This document shows, piece after piece, positions 43,001-58,000 of a stretch of DNA of 64,000 nucleotides. Origin of the DNA: Carcharhinus amblyrhynchos (Eukaryota). The notes under the pieces are model-generated. The model searched no databases. It was not told the DNA's origin and saw only the letters and a program-made list of their open reading frames with translations. The translations under genes were made by a program, and so were the position numbers. Location: the NCBI GenBank assembly GCA_965287045.1, contig OZ336888.1, positions 15,872,001 through 15,936,000 of the forward strand, written 5' to 3'. The stretch's first letter is position 1, and each line of letters opens with the position of its first letter.

Positions 43001-46000
43001 CTTGTCATCTGGAATTAATTTATTTGTTGGATAGATTAATATTGTTTCAAATTTGCTCGATTACGTAGGGCCAACAGCAATGACTTCATCAGGTGTACCA
43101 ACTGTTCCTGAGACAGCAATTACTGATGAGTAGATCTCCTTACACATTATAACGTGATATTAATTTTGAGCTATTTGTAATTTAATGCTCTGCAGCATTT
43201 TTCTCTTACCTTGAACCAGTACCAACTAGGATGATAGTAAATCCCATTGTTTCTGAAACGAAGAGTAATGATGGGTGTATTCATTCACATTGTCACAATA
43301 ATGTATCAAAACCTTGAATAATTAGCTTCCACAAGGAAACAACATTTGAAACCTGTGAAATTTAACATTGTGTTACGTGTTGAGATTTGGATAGACTGAG
43401 TGAGTGGGCCAGGATCTGGCAGATGGAGTATAACGTTGGCAAGTTTGAGGTTATCCACTTTGGAAGGAATAATAGTAAAATGGACTATTATTTAAATGAT
43501 GAAAAATTACAACATGCTACTGTGCAGAGGGACCTGGGGGTCCTTGTGCATGAATCGCAAAAACTCCGTTTGCAGGTGCAGCAGGTGATCAAGAAGGCGA
43601 ATGGAATGTTGGCCTTTATCGCCAGGGGGATGGAGTATTAAAGCAGGGAGGTCTTGCTGTAATTGTACAGGGTACTGGTGAGGCCGCAACTGGAGTACTG
43701 TGTGCAATTTTGGTCCCCTTATTTGCAAAAGGATATATTGGCCTTGGAGGGAGTACAAAGAAGGTTCACCAGGTTGATTCGGAGATGAAGAGGTTAGCTT
43801 ATGAGGGGAGATTGAGTAGATTGGGCCTGTACTAGTTGGAGTTTAGAAGGCTGAGGGGAGATCTTAAAGAGACATATAAGATAATGAAGGGCCTAGACAG
43901 GGTAGAAGCAGAGAGATTATTTCCACTTGGAAAGGAAACAAGAACTAGAGGGCACAGCCTCAAAATAAGGAAGAGTCAATTTAGAACAGAGTTGAGGAGG
44001 AACTTCCTCTCCCAGAGGGTAGTGAATCTTTGGAATTCTCTGCCCATTGGAGCAGTGGAAGCTACATCGTTAAATGTGTTTAAGTCACAGGTAGACAGGT
44101 TTCTGACCAATAAGGGAATTAAGGGTTATGGGGAGCAGCCGGGTAAGTAGAACTGAACCACTATCAGATCAGCCATGATCTTATTGAATGGTGGGGCGGG
44201 CTCGAGGGGCAAGATGGCCGACTCCTGCTCCTATTTCTTATGTTCTTATATGTTGTTGAGAGCGGGTCAATTATATTGCTGTTCCTTCAGGCAACATGGC
44301 TGAGGAATCGTTCTGACGGGAAACCTCAGAATTTGAGTGAGAGAATTATTGCTGATCTGCGCGATAGTTTATGGGTCATGTTTGATCCTTACTGAGGTGC
44401 AAGCAATGCCTGGTTAAGAATTTGACTAAGATAATGATGCTTATAACGAAACATTTACTTGGAAATGAATAGCAGTAGTAGTGAATAAATACTCTGTCCA
44501 AATATCTGTGCTGTTTAGGGCCATCAAGAACTGCAGGAACTGGAGGATCAACCACTTCAGAGACCACCATCAGTGGTGAGTTTTGGTTTTATTATACCTG
44601 CCACATTAAATTAATTTCTGTTCTTCGTGGACGAATGTTATTTCATATTATTTGTGCTCCTAGGCCCAGTGGCAATGACTGTGACAGGTACACTTCCTGT
44701 TTCTGAGAGCAGAATTACTGGTGAGCAGAGCTTCTTTCACATTAAAAGTTGCTATTGGTTTTGTGCTGTTTGTGGTTTTTAGCTCAACCGTACATCTACA
44801 GTTACGTTGGACCTACACGCGGGAGCAGGGCAGTCACTCAGACAGTTTCCAAAACTGTGATTAAGAATGATTGAATCTATTCTCAGTGCCATACGGTGTT
44901 TGTGATGCCAAGGTGTCCCAGCCAAGGGATATGTTGTTGGTGCGTCATTGCAGTTCTCTGTATTTTCAGTCCATTCAGAGGAAAGGATTTGAATGTGTAC
45001 CAGTTGAGTTGTTCCATATTGCTTTTGATAAGCATCTTCTTGTTAGCATGTGCTTGTTTTTGCTTTGTGGTGATGGTAGAACGGTCAACAGGTAGGAATT
45101 ATTGATTGCCTTCTTTCAGTTTTAGTATACATTTGCTTCTCAGTGCAGAAACTGTAAAAACATGCACGTTGGTGTTTCTCTTGTCTTATTGCTAATTGAT
45201 GCATATTCATGTTGACACTGACAGAGCTTTGCGTTGAAGGGAAATTGGAATATTAAATGCTACCTGACAGAGTAGATGTCTTGCATTATCAATTCTAACG
45301 TTTGGAAGAAGATAGTTATTGAATATGATTATTGATGAAAATGTAGGTTGTGCAACATGACCGTGAAGTCAGCTTGAGACTGCGAATGGCAGCATTTATG
45401 GATTTAAAAAAGTAATAATAAGGCAGACTGTCCAAACTTTAATGAGCAGTCATGGATGCTGGTTTTGACATTCTGCATTGCTGTTTTGGAAGTGTATATT
45501 GAAATTTAAAATGTGATATATTTATGTTTGTGTTTTGAAGAGGTAGGATTTTGGTGCTATTGACTTCAGATCGTTAAATCCATTTATTTGCATGAATGAT
45601 GATCGATAAGGCATCAGGGGATTTGAGATGTACATTAATGCATGGTTTGTCTTTGACCGAAAGGCCGAATGGAAAGCACTTCGTTTGTAGTCTTGCAGAA
45701 CGACAGAACCTTTAATTTTGATTTGGCAGTATGGTAGACCTTGCTGGTCAAATTTATGTGCATATATAATTTTGGGAAATCTTAGTGCCTCATTTGCTGA
45801 CCCCATGTTGAAGTTTTTGTAATTGCCTGAAAAGCAGCTGGTTTTTGCAGTCAACTTGGTCAAGGACCTGTTCTGAATGGTAAGCGCTGCATTTGTGGAA
45901 GGGAATGATTAATTTTGTAGTTTCTGTATAGACATTTTCCTTTTTCCTTCGCAATGTGGAAGCATTTGCCATTTGAGGCTTTGACTGACATAGTGATGCT

Positions 46001-49000
46001 AAGATGAATAGAAAATCTTGGGAAACAATTGCAGCATGAATGAATAAACATTCTGTACAAATTCTGCTTCTCTTTAGGGCCGACACCGTTCACAGGAACT
46101 GGAAGACCTACAACTTCAGAGACTACTGTCAGTGGTGAGTATTGTTTTTGGCATTCTCGTCACCTGAAATTAATTGATTTGATTGGTAGATTAATATTGT
46201 TTCAAATTGGCTCCTCTACTTAGGGCCAACAGCAATGACTTCACCAGGTGTACCAGCATTTCCCGAGATGGCAATTACTGGTGGGTGGATCTCCTTACAT
46301 GTTATAACCCGATGTTAATTTCAAGCTATTTGTAATTTAATGCTCTGCAGCATTTTTTCTGTTACCCTGGACCAGTACCAACTTGGATGATAGTAATTCC
46401 CATTTGTTTCAGAAACTGGGAGTAATTATGGCTGTATTCATTCACATTGTCACAATCATATTTCAAAATCTTGAATAATTAGCTTTCAGAAGCAAATAAC
46501 ATTTGAAACTTGTGAAATTTAACATTGTGTTGCTGAGAGCAGGTCAATGATATTGTTGTTCCTTTAGGAAACATGGCTGAGGAAGTGTTCTGAAGGGAAA
46601 CCTCAGCATTTGAGTGAGAGAATTATTGCTGATCTGCAAGGTGGTTTATGGGTCATGTTTGATCCTTACTGAGGTGCAAGCAATACCTAGTGAAGAATTT
46701 GACTCTGATAATAATGCTCATAATTAAACATTTCCTTGGAAATGAAATGCAGTAGTAGTGAATAAATACTCTGTCCATAATCTATGCTGTTTAGGACCAA
46801 CAAGAACTGCAGGAACTGGAGGACCAACCACTTCAGAGACCACCATCAGTGGTGAGTTTCAGTTTTATCGTACTCACCACATGAAATTAATTTTGTGCTT
46901 CATGGACTCATCTTATTTCCCATTATCTCTGCTCCTTAGGCCCAATGGGAATGACTGTGACAGGTACACTTCCTGTTTCTGAGAGCAGAATTACTGGTGA
47001 GCAGAGCTTCTTTCATGTTAAAAGCTTCTGTTAGTTTTGTAGTATTTGTGATTTTTAACGCTACCCTAGGCATACAATTGTGTTGGACCTGCACCAGGTA
47101 GCAGGGCAGTTATTCAGATAGTTTCTGAACCTGTGATTAAGAACGATTGAATGTATTCTCAATGTCATACGACGTTTGCGATGCTGAGGTGTCCCAGGGA
47201 AGGGATATGTTGTTGGTGCGTCATTGCAGTACTTTCAGTCCATTCAGATGGAAGGGTTTGAATGTGTACCAGTTGAGTTGTTCCATATTGCTTTTGGTCA
47301 GCATCTTCTTGTTTGAATGTGCTTGTTTTTCCTTTGTCCTGATGGTAAAATGGTTCACAGATAGGAATTAATGATTTCTTTATTTCAGTTTTTGTACACA
47401 TTTGCTTCTCAATGCAGAAACTGTAAACACATGCATTTTGGTGTTTCACTTGCCTCACTGCTATATGATGCTTATTCATGTTGAAACAAAAGAGCTCTTC
47501 ATAGAAGGAAAATTGGAATATTAAGTGCTACCTGACATAGTAGACGTCTTGCATTATCAATTATGACATTCAGAAGAGGACGGTGTTATTGAATACGATT
47601 ATTAATGATAATGCAGGTTGTGCGGCATGCCCCAAAGTCAACTTGAGACATAAACGGCAGCATTTGTGAATTTGAAAAGATAATGATAAGGAAGGCTTTC
47701 CAAACACTAATGAGCATGGGTATATCTGGTCTTGACATTCTGCATTTCTGTTTTAGAAGCGTATATTGAAATTTAAAATTTGATATATATATACATGTGC
47801 GCTTTGAAAAGCTAGGATTTTGGTGCTATTGACTTTAGATCGCTAAATCCATTTATTCGAATCAGTGATGACTGGTAAGGGATCAGGAGATTTGAGACGT
47901 ACAATAATGCATGGTTTGCTTGTCACCGAAAGGCCGAACGGAAAGCATTTGTAGATTTGCAGAATGACAGAGTCTTTTGTTTTGGTTGGGCAGTGTGTTA
48001 GACCTTGCTGGTGAAAGTTATATGCAGACATACAGACATAATAATTCCTTCCAACAAAATAAATTTGAAGCAGTAAATGTCAATATCATAATGAATTCCT
48101 GATCTGGAATGTCACCTTTGGGATTTTTGAAAGACATGTGTTATTCTTTGGAAAATAAATGATTTAGTCATTGTTAAAATTTAACTTTCACTGGCAAATA
48201 ATATCCAAATAATTTTGAGAAAACTTGGTGACAAATTTGCTGACTGCATGTTGAATGTTTTCTAATTGCCTGAAAAGTAGGTGGTTTTAGAAGGCAACTT
48301 GGTCAAGGACCAGTTCTGAATGGTAAGCGCTGCATTTGTGGAAGGGAATGATTAATTTTGTAGTTAGTGAATGGATATTTTCCTTTCTCCTTTGCAGTGT
48401 GGACCCATTTGTCACTTGAGGCTTTGACTGACATAATGATGCTAAGATGAATAGAAAATCTTGGGAAACAATTGCAGCATGAATGAATAAACATTCTGTA
48501 CAAATTCTGCTTCTCTTTAGGGCCGACACCGTTCACGGGGACTGGAAGACCTACAACTTCAGAGACTACTGTCAGTGGTGAGTATTGTTTTTGGCATTCT
48601 CGTCACCTGAAATTAATTGATTTGATTGGTAGATTAATATTGTTTCAAATTGGCTCCTCTACTTAGGGCCAACAGCAATGACTTCACCAGGTGTACCAGC
48701 ATTTCCCGAGATGGCAATTACTGGTGGGTGGATCTCCTTACATGTTATAACCCGATGTTAATTTCAAGCTATTTGTAATTTAATGCTCTGCAGCATTTTT
48801 TCTGTTACCCTGGACCAGTACCAACTTGGATGATAGTAATTCCCATTTGTTTCAGAAACTGGGAGTAATTATGGCTGTATTCATTCACATTGTCACAATC
48901 ATATTTCAAAATCTTGAATAATTAGCTTTCAGAAGCAAATAACATTTGAAACTTGTGAAATTTAACATTGTGTTGCTGAGAGCAGGTCAATGATATTGTT

Positions 49001-52000
49001 GTTCCTTTAGGAAACATGGCTGAGGAAGTGTTCTGAAGGGAAACCTCAGCATTTGAGTGAGAGAATTATTGCTGATCTGCAAGGTGGTTTATGGGTCATG
49101 TTTGATCCTTACTGAGGTGCAAGCAATACCTAGTGAAGAATTTGACTCTGATAATAATGCTCATAATTAAACATTTCCTTGGAAATGAAATGCAGTAGTA
49201 GTGAATAAATACTCTGTCCATAATCTATGCTGTTTAGGACCAACAAGAACTGCAGGAACTGGAGGACCAACCACTTCAGAGACCACCATCAGCAGTGAGT
49301 TTTGGTTTTATTGTACCTGCCACATTAAATCAATTTGTGTGCTTTGTGGACTAATGTTATTTCATCTTATCTCTGCTCCCTAGGGCCAATGGCAATGACT
49401 GCGACAGGTACACTTCCTGTTTCTGCGAGCAGAATTACTGGTGAGCACAGCTTCTTTCATGTTATGAGCTGCTGTTAGTTTTGTGCTATTTGTGAGTTTT
49501 AACACTACCGTATGTCTGCAGTTACGTTGGACCTGCACCAGGCAGCAGGGCAGTCAGTCAGATAGTTTCCGAAGATGTAACTAACAGTGATTGAATGTAT
49601 TCTCAGTGTCATACAATGTTTGCGATTCCAAGGTGTCCCAGTGAAGGGACATGTTGTCGGTGCGTCATTGTAGTTCACAGTATTTTCAGTCCATTCAGAT
49701 GGAAGGGTTTGAATGTGTACCAGTTGAGTGGATCCATATTGCTTTTTTTCAGCAGCATCTTGTTTGAATGTGCTTGTTTTTAATTTGTGCTGAATGTGAA
49801 ATGGTCAACAGATAGGAATTAGTGATTGCTTCATTTCAATTTTTCTACACATTGACTTCTCAGTGCAGAAGCTGTAAAGACATGCATGTTGGTGTTTCAC
49901 TTGCCTGCTAATTGATGCATATTCATGTTGACACTGAAGGAGTTTTTCATGAATGGAAATTGGAATAATAAATGCTACCTGATAGAGTAGATGTCTTGCA
50001 TTATCAATTATAATGTTTGAAAGAGGCAGTGTTATTGAATATGATTATTGATCATAATTCAGGCCGTCTCTGTGATGTCCGCTTGAGACCATGAATGGCA
50101 GCATTTAGGAATTTAAAAAGATAGTAAATAATAAGGCAGACTGTCCAAACTTTAATGAGCAGTCATAGATGCCGGTTTTGACATTCTGCACTGCTGTTTT
50201 GGAAGCATATATTGAAATTTAAAATGTGATATATTTACCTTTGCGTTTTGAAGAGCTAGTATTTTGGTGCTATTGACTTCAGATCGTTAAATCCATTTAT
50301 TCGCATTAAAGATGATCGATAAGCCATCAGGAGATTTGAGATGTATAGTAATGCACGGTTTGTCTGTGACTGAAAGGACAAAGTTGTAGACTTGTAGAAC
50401 GCCAGACTGTTTTATTTTGATTTGGCAGTATGGATAAACTTTGCTGGTGAAATGTATGTGCAGACAGGCAGAAATAATTATTCCCAACAGAATAAATTCA
50501 AAGCAGTAAATTTCAATATCATAATGAGTTCCTGATGAGAAATGACAGTGGGATTTTTGAAAGACATACCTTATTCTTTGGAAAATAAATGATTTAGCCA
50601 CTGTTAAAACTTCATTTTCACTGGCAAATACTCTCCAAATAATTTTGGGAAAATTTAGTGCCACATTTGCTGACCCCATGTTGAAGTTTTTGTAATTGCC
50701 CGAGAAGTAGCTGTTTTTTGAAGGCAACTTGGTCGAGGACCTGTTCTGAATAGTAAGCGCTGCATTTGCGGAAGGGAATGATTAATTTTGTAGTTTGCGT
50801 ACCGATATTTTCTTTTCTCCTTTGCGATGTGGAAGCGTTTGCCACTGGAGGCTTTGACTGACATAGTGATGCTAAGATGAATTAAAAATCTTGGGAAGCA
50901 ATTTCACAGTTAATGAATAAATATTTTGTACAAATTTTGCTTCTCTTTCGGGCCACCATCATTCACAGGAACTGGAAGACCTCCAACTTCAGAGACTACT
51001 GTCAGTGGTGAGTATTGTTTTTGGCATCCTCGTCATCTGAAATTAATTGATTTTATTTCTAGATTAATATTGTTTCAAATTCGCTCAATTACATAGGGCC
51101 GACAGCAATGACTCCATCAGGTGTACCAGCTGTTCCTGAGACAGCAATTACTGGTAAGTGGATCTCCTTACACATTATAACCTGATGATAATTTTGAGCA
51201 ATTTGTAATTTAATACTCTGCAGCATTTTTTCTGTTACCTTGAAGCAGCAACAAATCAGATGGTAGTAAGTCCCATTGTTTCTGACACTGGGAGTAATGA
51301 TGGGTGTATTAGTTCACATTGTCACAATAATCTTTCCGAATCTTGAATAATTAGCCTTCGCAATCAAACAACATTTGAAACTTGTGAAACTTAACGTTGT
51401 GTTGCTGAGAGCAGGTCAATGATTTTCCTTTAGGAAACATGGCTGAGCAAGTGTTCTGACGGGAAACCTCAGCGTTTGAGGGAGAGAATTATTGCTGTTC
51501 TTGAGAATGTTTATGGGTCATGTTTGATCCATACTGAGGTGCAAGCAATTACTGGTTAAGGATTTGACTAAGATAACGATGCTGATAATTAAACATTTGC
51601 TTGGAAATGAATTGCAGTAGTAGTGAATAAATGCTCTGTCCAAATGTCTGTGCTGTTTAGGGCCAACAAGAACTGCAGAAACTGGAGGACCAACCACTTC
51701 AGAGACCACCATCAGTGGTGAGTTTCAGTTTTATCATACTCACGGCATGAAATTAATTTGTGTGCTGCATGGACTCATCTTGTTTCATATTACTCTGCTC
51801 CCTAGGCCCGATGGGAATGACAGTGACAGGCACACTTCCGGTTTCTGAGAGCAGAATTACTGGTGAGCAGAACTTCTTTTATGTTATAAGCTGCTGTTAG
51901 TTTTGTGCTATTTGTGTTTTTTAACTCAACCGTAAGTCTACAGTTATGTTGGAACTGCACGCTGGAGCAGGGCAGTCACTGAGATAGTTTCTGAACCTGT

Positions 52001-55000
52001 GATTAAGAATGATTGAATGTATTCTCAGTGTTGTATGATGTTTGTGATGCCAAGGTATCCCAGGCAAGGGACATATTGTTAGTGCATCATTGCAGTTCAC
52101 TGTGTTTTCAGTCCATTCAGATGGAAGGGATTGAATGTGTGTCAGTCGAGTTGTTCCATATTGTCTTTGTTAAGCATCTTCTTGGTTGAATGTCCTTATT
52201 TTTGCTTTGTGCTGAATGTGAAATGGTCAACAGACAGGAATTAGTGATTGCTTTATTGCAGTTTTTGTACACATTTGCTTGTCAGTGCACAAACTGTAAA
52301 TACATGCATGTTGGTGTTTCACTTGCCTCGGTGCTAATTGATACATATTCATGTTATCACCGAAGGAGCTTTTCCGTGAATGGAAATTGGAATAGTAAAT
52401 GCTACCTGATAGAGTAGATGCCTTGCATTATCAATTATAATGTTTTATAATCAATTATAATCAATTATAATGGTGCAGCAGGTGATCAAGAAGGCGAATG
52501 GGATGCTGGCCTTTATAGCGAGGGGGATAGAATATAAAAGCAGGGAGGTCTTGCTGCGACTGTACAGGGCAGTGGTAAGGCCGCAGCTGGAGTACTGTGT
52601 GCCGTTTTGGTTGCCGCACTAGCGCAAGGATATTTTGGCCTTGGAGGGAGTGCAGAGGAGGTTCACTAGGCTGATACCGGAGATGAGGGGGTTGGACTAT
52701 GAAGAGAGGCTGAATAGACTGGGTCTGTACTCGTTGGAGTTTAGAAGGATGAGGGGGGATCTTATAGAGACGTATAAGATAATGAAGGGGATGGATAGGG
52801 TAGAGGTAGAGAGATTCTTCCTGCTCAGAAAGGACAGCAGGACTAGAGGGCACAGCCTCAAGATAAGGGAGGGCAGTTTAGAACAGAGTTGAGGAGGAAC
52901 TTCTTCACTCAAAGGGTGGTGAATCTCTGGAATTCTCTGCCCATTGAAGTGGTGGAGACTACCTCGCTAACAATATTTAAGACACGGGTAGGTAGATTTT
53001 TGGTAGGCAAGGGAATTAAGGGTTATGGGGAGAAAGCAGGAAAGTGGAACTGAGCCACTACAGATCAGCCATGATCTTATTGAATGGCGGGACAGGCTCG
53101 AAGGGCTAGATGGCCTACTCCTGCTCCTATTTCTTATGTTCTCATGTTCTTACGTTCTTACGAAAGTGGGCAGTGTTATTGAACGTGATTATTGATCATA
53201 ATGTAGGTTGTGCCCGTGATATCCATGAATGGCAGCATTTATGAATTTAAAAAGATAGTAAGGCAGACTGTCCAAACGTTAATGAGCACTGGAAGATCCT
53301 GGTTTTGACATTCTGCATTGCTGTTTTGGAAGCACGTATTGTAATTTAAAATTTAACATATTTTCATTTGCATTTTGCAGAGCTAGGATTTTGGTGCTAT
53401 TGATTTTAGATCACTAAATGCATTTATTCACGTGAATGATGATTGGTAAGGAATCTGGAGATTTGAGATGTACAATAATGCGTGGTTTGTCTGTGACTGA
53501 AAAGCCTACTGGAAAGCTCCAGATTTGTGGCCTTGCAGAACGACAGAACCTTTTATTTTGATTTGGCAGTATGATAGACCTTGCTGGTGAAATTTATGTG
53601 CAGATGGACAGACATGATTATTCCTTCCAACAAAATAAATTCAAAGCAGTAAATTTCAATATCATAATGAGTTCCTCATCAGAAATGCCGCTTTTTCAGT
53701 GGGATTTTTGAAAGACAAACTTTATTCTTTGGAAAACAAATGATTTAGTTAGCTTTAAAATTTCACTTTTACTGGCAAATAACATCCAAATCATTTTGAG
53801 AGAATTTAATGCTACATTTGTTGACTTGATGTTGAATTTTTTTGTAATTGCCTGAAAAGTAGCTGGTTTTTGAAAGCAACTTGGTAAAGCAACTGTTCTG
53901 AATGGTAGGTGCTGCATTTGTGGAAGGGAATGTTTAATTTTATAGTTTGCATTTGGATATTTTCCTTTTCCCTTCGCAATGTGGAACCATTTGCCACTTG
54001 AGGCTTTGACTGACATCGTGATGCTAAGATGAACAAAAAATTACGGGAAACAATTGCAGCAGTAATGAATAAATATTCTGTACAAATTCTGCTTTTCCTT
54101 AGGGCCGACACCATTCACAGGAACTAGAAGACCTACAACTTCAGAGACTACTGTCAGCGGTGAGTATTGTTTTTGGCACTCTCGTGTCCTGAAATTAATT
54201 TATTTGATGGGGCGATTAATATTGTTTCAAATTTGCCCCACGACTTAGGGCCAACGGCAATGACTCCATCAGGTGTACCAACTGTTCCTGAGACAGCAAT
54301 TACTGGTGAGTAGATCTCCTTACACATTATAGCCTGATATTAATTTCAAGCTATTTGTAATTTAACACTCTGCAGCATTTTTTTCCTGTTACCTTAAACC
54401 AGCATGAACTGGAATGATAGTAAATCCCATTGTTTCTGAAACGAAGAGTAATGATGTATGTATTCATTCACATTGTCACAATAGTATTTCAAAACCTCGA
54501 ATAATTAGTTTTCAAAAGCAAACAACATTTGAAACTTATGAAATTTAATGTTGCGTTTGCTGAGAGCTGGACAATTATATTGTTATTCCTTTAGTCAACA
54601 TGCCTGAGGAATTATTCTGGAGGGAAACCTCAGAATTTGAGTGAGAGAATTATTACTGATCTGCGAGATTGTTTATGGGTCATGTTTGATCCGTACTGAG
54701 GTGTAAGCAATACCTGGTTAAGAATTTGACTAAGATAATGATACTTATAGTTAAACATTTCCTTGGAAATGAATTGCAGTCGTGGTGAATAAATACTCTG
54801 TCCAAATGTCTGTGCTGTTTAGGGCCATCAAGAACTGCAGGAACTGGAGGACCAACCACTTCAGAGACCACCGTCAGTGGTGAGTTTCAGTTTATCGTAC
54901 TCACCACATGAAATTAATTCTTGTGCTTCCTGGACGAATGTTATTTCATATTATTTGTGCTCCTAGGCCCAGTGGCAATGACTGTGACAGGTACACTTCC

Positions 55001-58000
55001 TGTTTCTGAGAGCAGAATTACTGGTGAGCAGAGCTTCTTTCACATTAAAAGTTGCTATTGGTTTTGTGCTGTTTGCGGTTTTTAGCTCAACCGTACATCT
55101 ACAGTTACGTTGGACCTACACGCGGGAGCAGGGCAGTCACTCAGACAGCTTCCAAAACTGTGATTAAGAATGATTGAATCTATTCTCAGTGCCATACGGT
55201 GTTTGTGATGCCAAGGTGTCCCAGCCAAGGGATATGTTGTTGGTGCGTCATTGCAGTTCTCTGTATTTTCAGTCCATTCAGAGGAAAGGATTTGAATGTG
55301 TACCAGTTGAGTTGTTCCATATTGCTTTTGATAAGCATCTTCTTGTCAGCATGTGCTTGTTTTTGCTTTGTGGTGATGGTAGAACGGTCAACAGGTAGGA
55401 ATTATTGATTGCCTTCTTTCAGTTTTAGTATACATTTGCTTCTCAGTGCAGAAACTGTAAAAACATGCACGTTGGTGTTTCTCTTGTCTTATTGCTAATT
55501 GATGCATATTCATGTTGACACTGACAGAGCTTTGCATTGAAGGGAAATTGGAATATTAAATGCTACCTGACAGAGTAGATGTCTTGCATTATCAATTCTA
55601 ACGTTTGGAAGAAGATAGTTATTGAATATGATTATTGATGAAAATGTAGGTTGCGCAACATGACCGTGAAGTCAGCTTGAGACTGCGAATGGCAGCATTT
55701 ATGGATTTAAAAAAAGTAATAATAAGGCAGACTGTCCAAACTTTAATGAGCAGTCATGGATGCTGGTTTTGACATTCTGCATTGCTGTTTTGGAAGTGTA
55801 TATTGAAATTTAAAATGTGATATATTTATGTTTGTGTTTTGAAGAGGTAGGATTTTGGTGCTATTGACTTCAGATCGTTAAATCCATTTATTTGCATGAA
55901 TGATGATCGATAAGGCATCAGGGGATTTGAGATGTACATTAATGCATGGTTTGTCTTTGACCGAAAGGCCGAATGGAAAGCACTTCGTTTGTAGACTTGC
56001 AGAACGACAGAACCTTTAATTTTGATTTGGCAGTATGATAGACCTTGCTGGTGAAATTTATGTGCATATATAATTTTGGGAAATCTTAGTGCCTCATTTG
56101 CTGACCCCATGTTGAAGTTTTTGTAATTGCCTGAAAAGCAGCTGGTTTTTGCAGTCAACTTGGTCAAGGACCTGTTCTGAATGGTAAGCGCTGCATTTGT
56201 GGAAGGGAATGATTAACTTTGTAGTTTCTGTATAGACATTTTCCTTTTTCCTTCGCAATGTGGAAGCATTTGCCATTTGAGGCTTTGACTGACATAGTGA
56301 TGCTAAGATGAATTAAAAATCTTGGGAAACAATTGCAGCATGAATGAATAAACATTCTGTACAAATTCTGCTTCTCTTTAGGGCCGACACCGTTCACAGG
56401 AACTGGAAGACCTACAACTTCAGAGACTACTGTCAGTGGTGAGTATTGTTTTTGGCATTCTCGTCACCTGAAATTAATTGATTTGATTGGTAGATTAATA
56501 TTGTTTCAAATTGGCTCCTCTACTTAGGGCCAACAGCAATGACTTCACCAGGTGTACCAGCATTTCCCGAGATGGCAATTACTGGTGGGTGGATCTCCTT
56601 ACATGTTATAACCCGATGTTAATTTCAAGCTATTTGTAATTTAATGCTCTGCAGCATTTTTTCTGTTACCCTGGACCAGTACCAACTTGGATGATAGTAA
56701 TTCCCATTTGTTTCAGAAACTGGGAGTAATTATGGCTGTATTCATTCACATTGTCACAATCATATTTCAAAATCTTGAATAATTAGCTTTCAGAAGCAAA
56801 TAACATTTGAAACTTGTGAAATTTAACATTGTGTTGCTGAGAGCAGGTCAATGATATTGTTGTTCCTTTAGGAAACATGGCTGAGGAAGTGTTCTGAAGG
56901 GAAACCTCAGCATTTGAGTGAGAGAATTATTGCTGATCTGCAAGGTGGTTTATGGGTCATGTTTGATCCTTACTGAGGTGCAAGCAATACCTAGTGAAGA
57001 ATTTGACTCTGATAATAATGCTCATAATTAAACATTTCCTTGGAAATGAAATGCAGTAGTAGTGAATAAATACTCTGTCCATAATCTATGCTGTTTAGGA
57101 CCAACAAGAACTGCAGGAACTGGAGGACCAACCACTTCAGAGACCACCATCAGCAGTGAGTTTTGGTTTTATTGTACCTGCCACATTAAATCAATTTGTG
57201 TGCTTTGTGGACTAATGTTATTTCATCTTATCTCTGCTCCCTAGGGCCAATGGCAATGACTGCGACAGGTACACTTCCTGTTTCTGCGAGCAGAATTACT
57301 GGTGAGCACAGCTTCTTTCATGTTATGAGCTGCTGTTAGTTTTGTGCTATTTGTGAGTTTTAACACTACCGTATGTCTGCAGTTACGTTGGACCTGCACC
57401 AGGCAGCAGGGCAGTCAGTCAGATAGTTTCCGAAGATGTAACTAACAGTGATTGAATGTATTCTCAGTGTCATACAATGTTTGCGATTCCAAGGTGTCCC
57501 AGTGAAGGGACATGTTGTCGGTGCGTCATTGTAGTTCACAGTATTTTCAGTCCATTCAGATGGAAGGGTTTGAATGTGTACCAGTTGAGTGGATCCATAT
57601 TGCTTTTTTTCAGCAGCATCTTGTTTGAATGTGCTTGTTTTTAATTTGTGCTGAATGTGAAATGGTCAACAGATAGGAATTAGTGATTGCTTCATTTCAA
57701 TTTTTCTACACATTGACTTCTCAGTGCAGAAGCTGTAAAGACATGCATGTTGGTGTTTCACTTGCCTGCTAATTGATGCATATTCATGTTGACACTGAAG
57801 GAGTTTTTCATGAATGGAAATTGGAATAATAAATGCTACCTGATAGAGTAGATGTCTTGCATTATCAATTATAATGTTTGAAAGAGGCAGTGTTATTGAA
57901 TATGATTATTGATCATAATTCAGGCCGTCTCTGTGATGTCCGCTTGAGACCATGAATGGCAGCATTTAGGAATTTAAAAAGATAGTAAATAATAAGGCAG

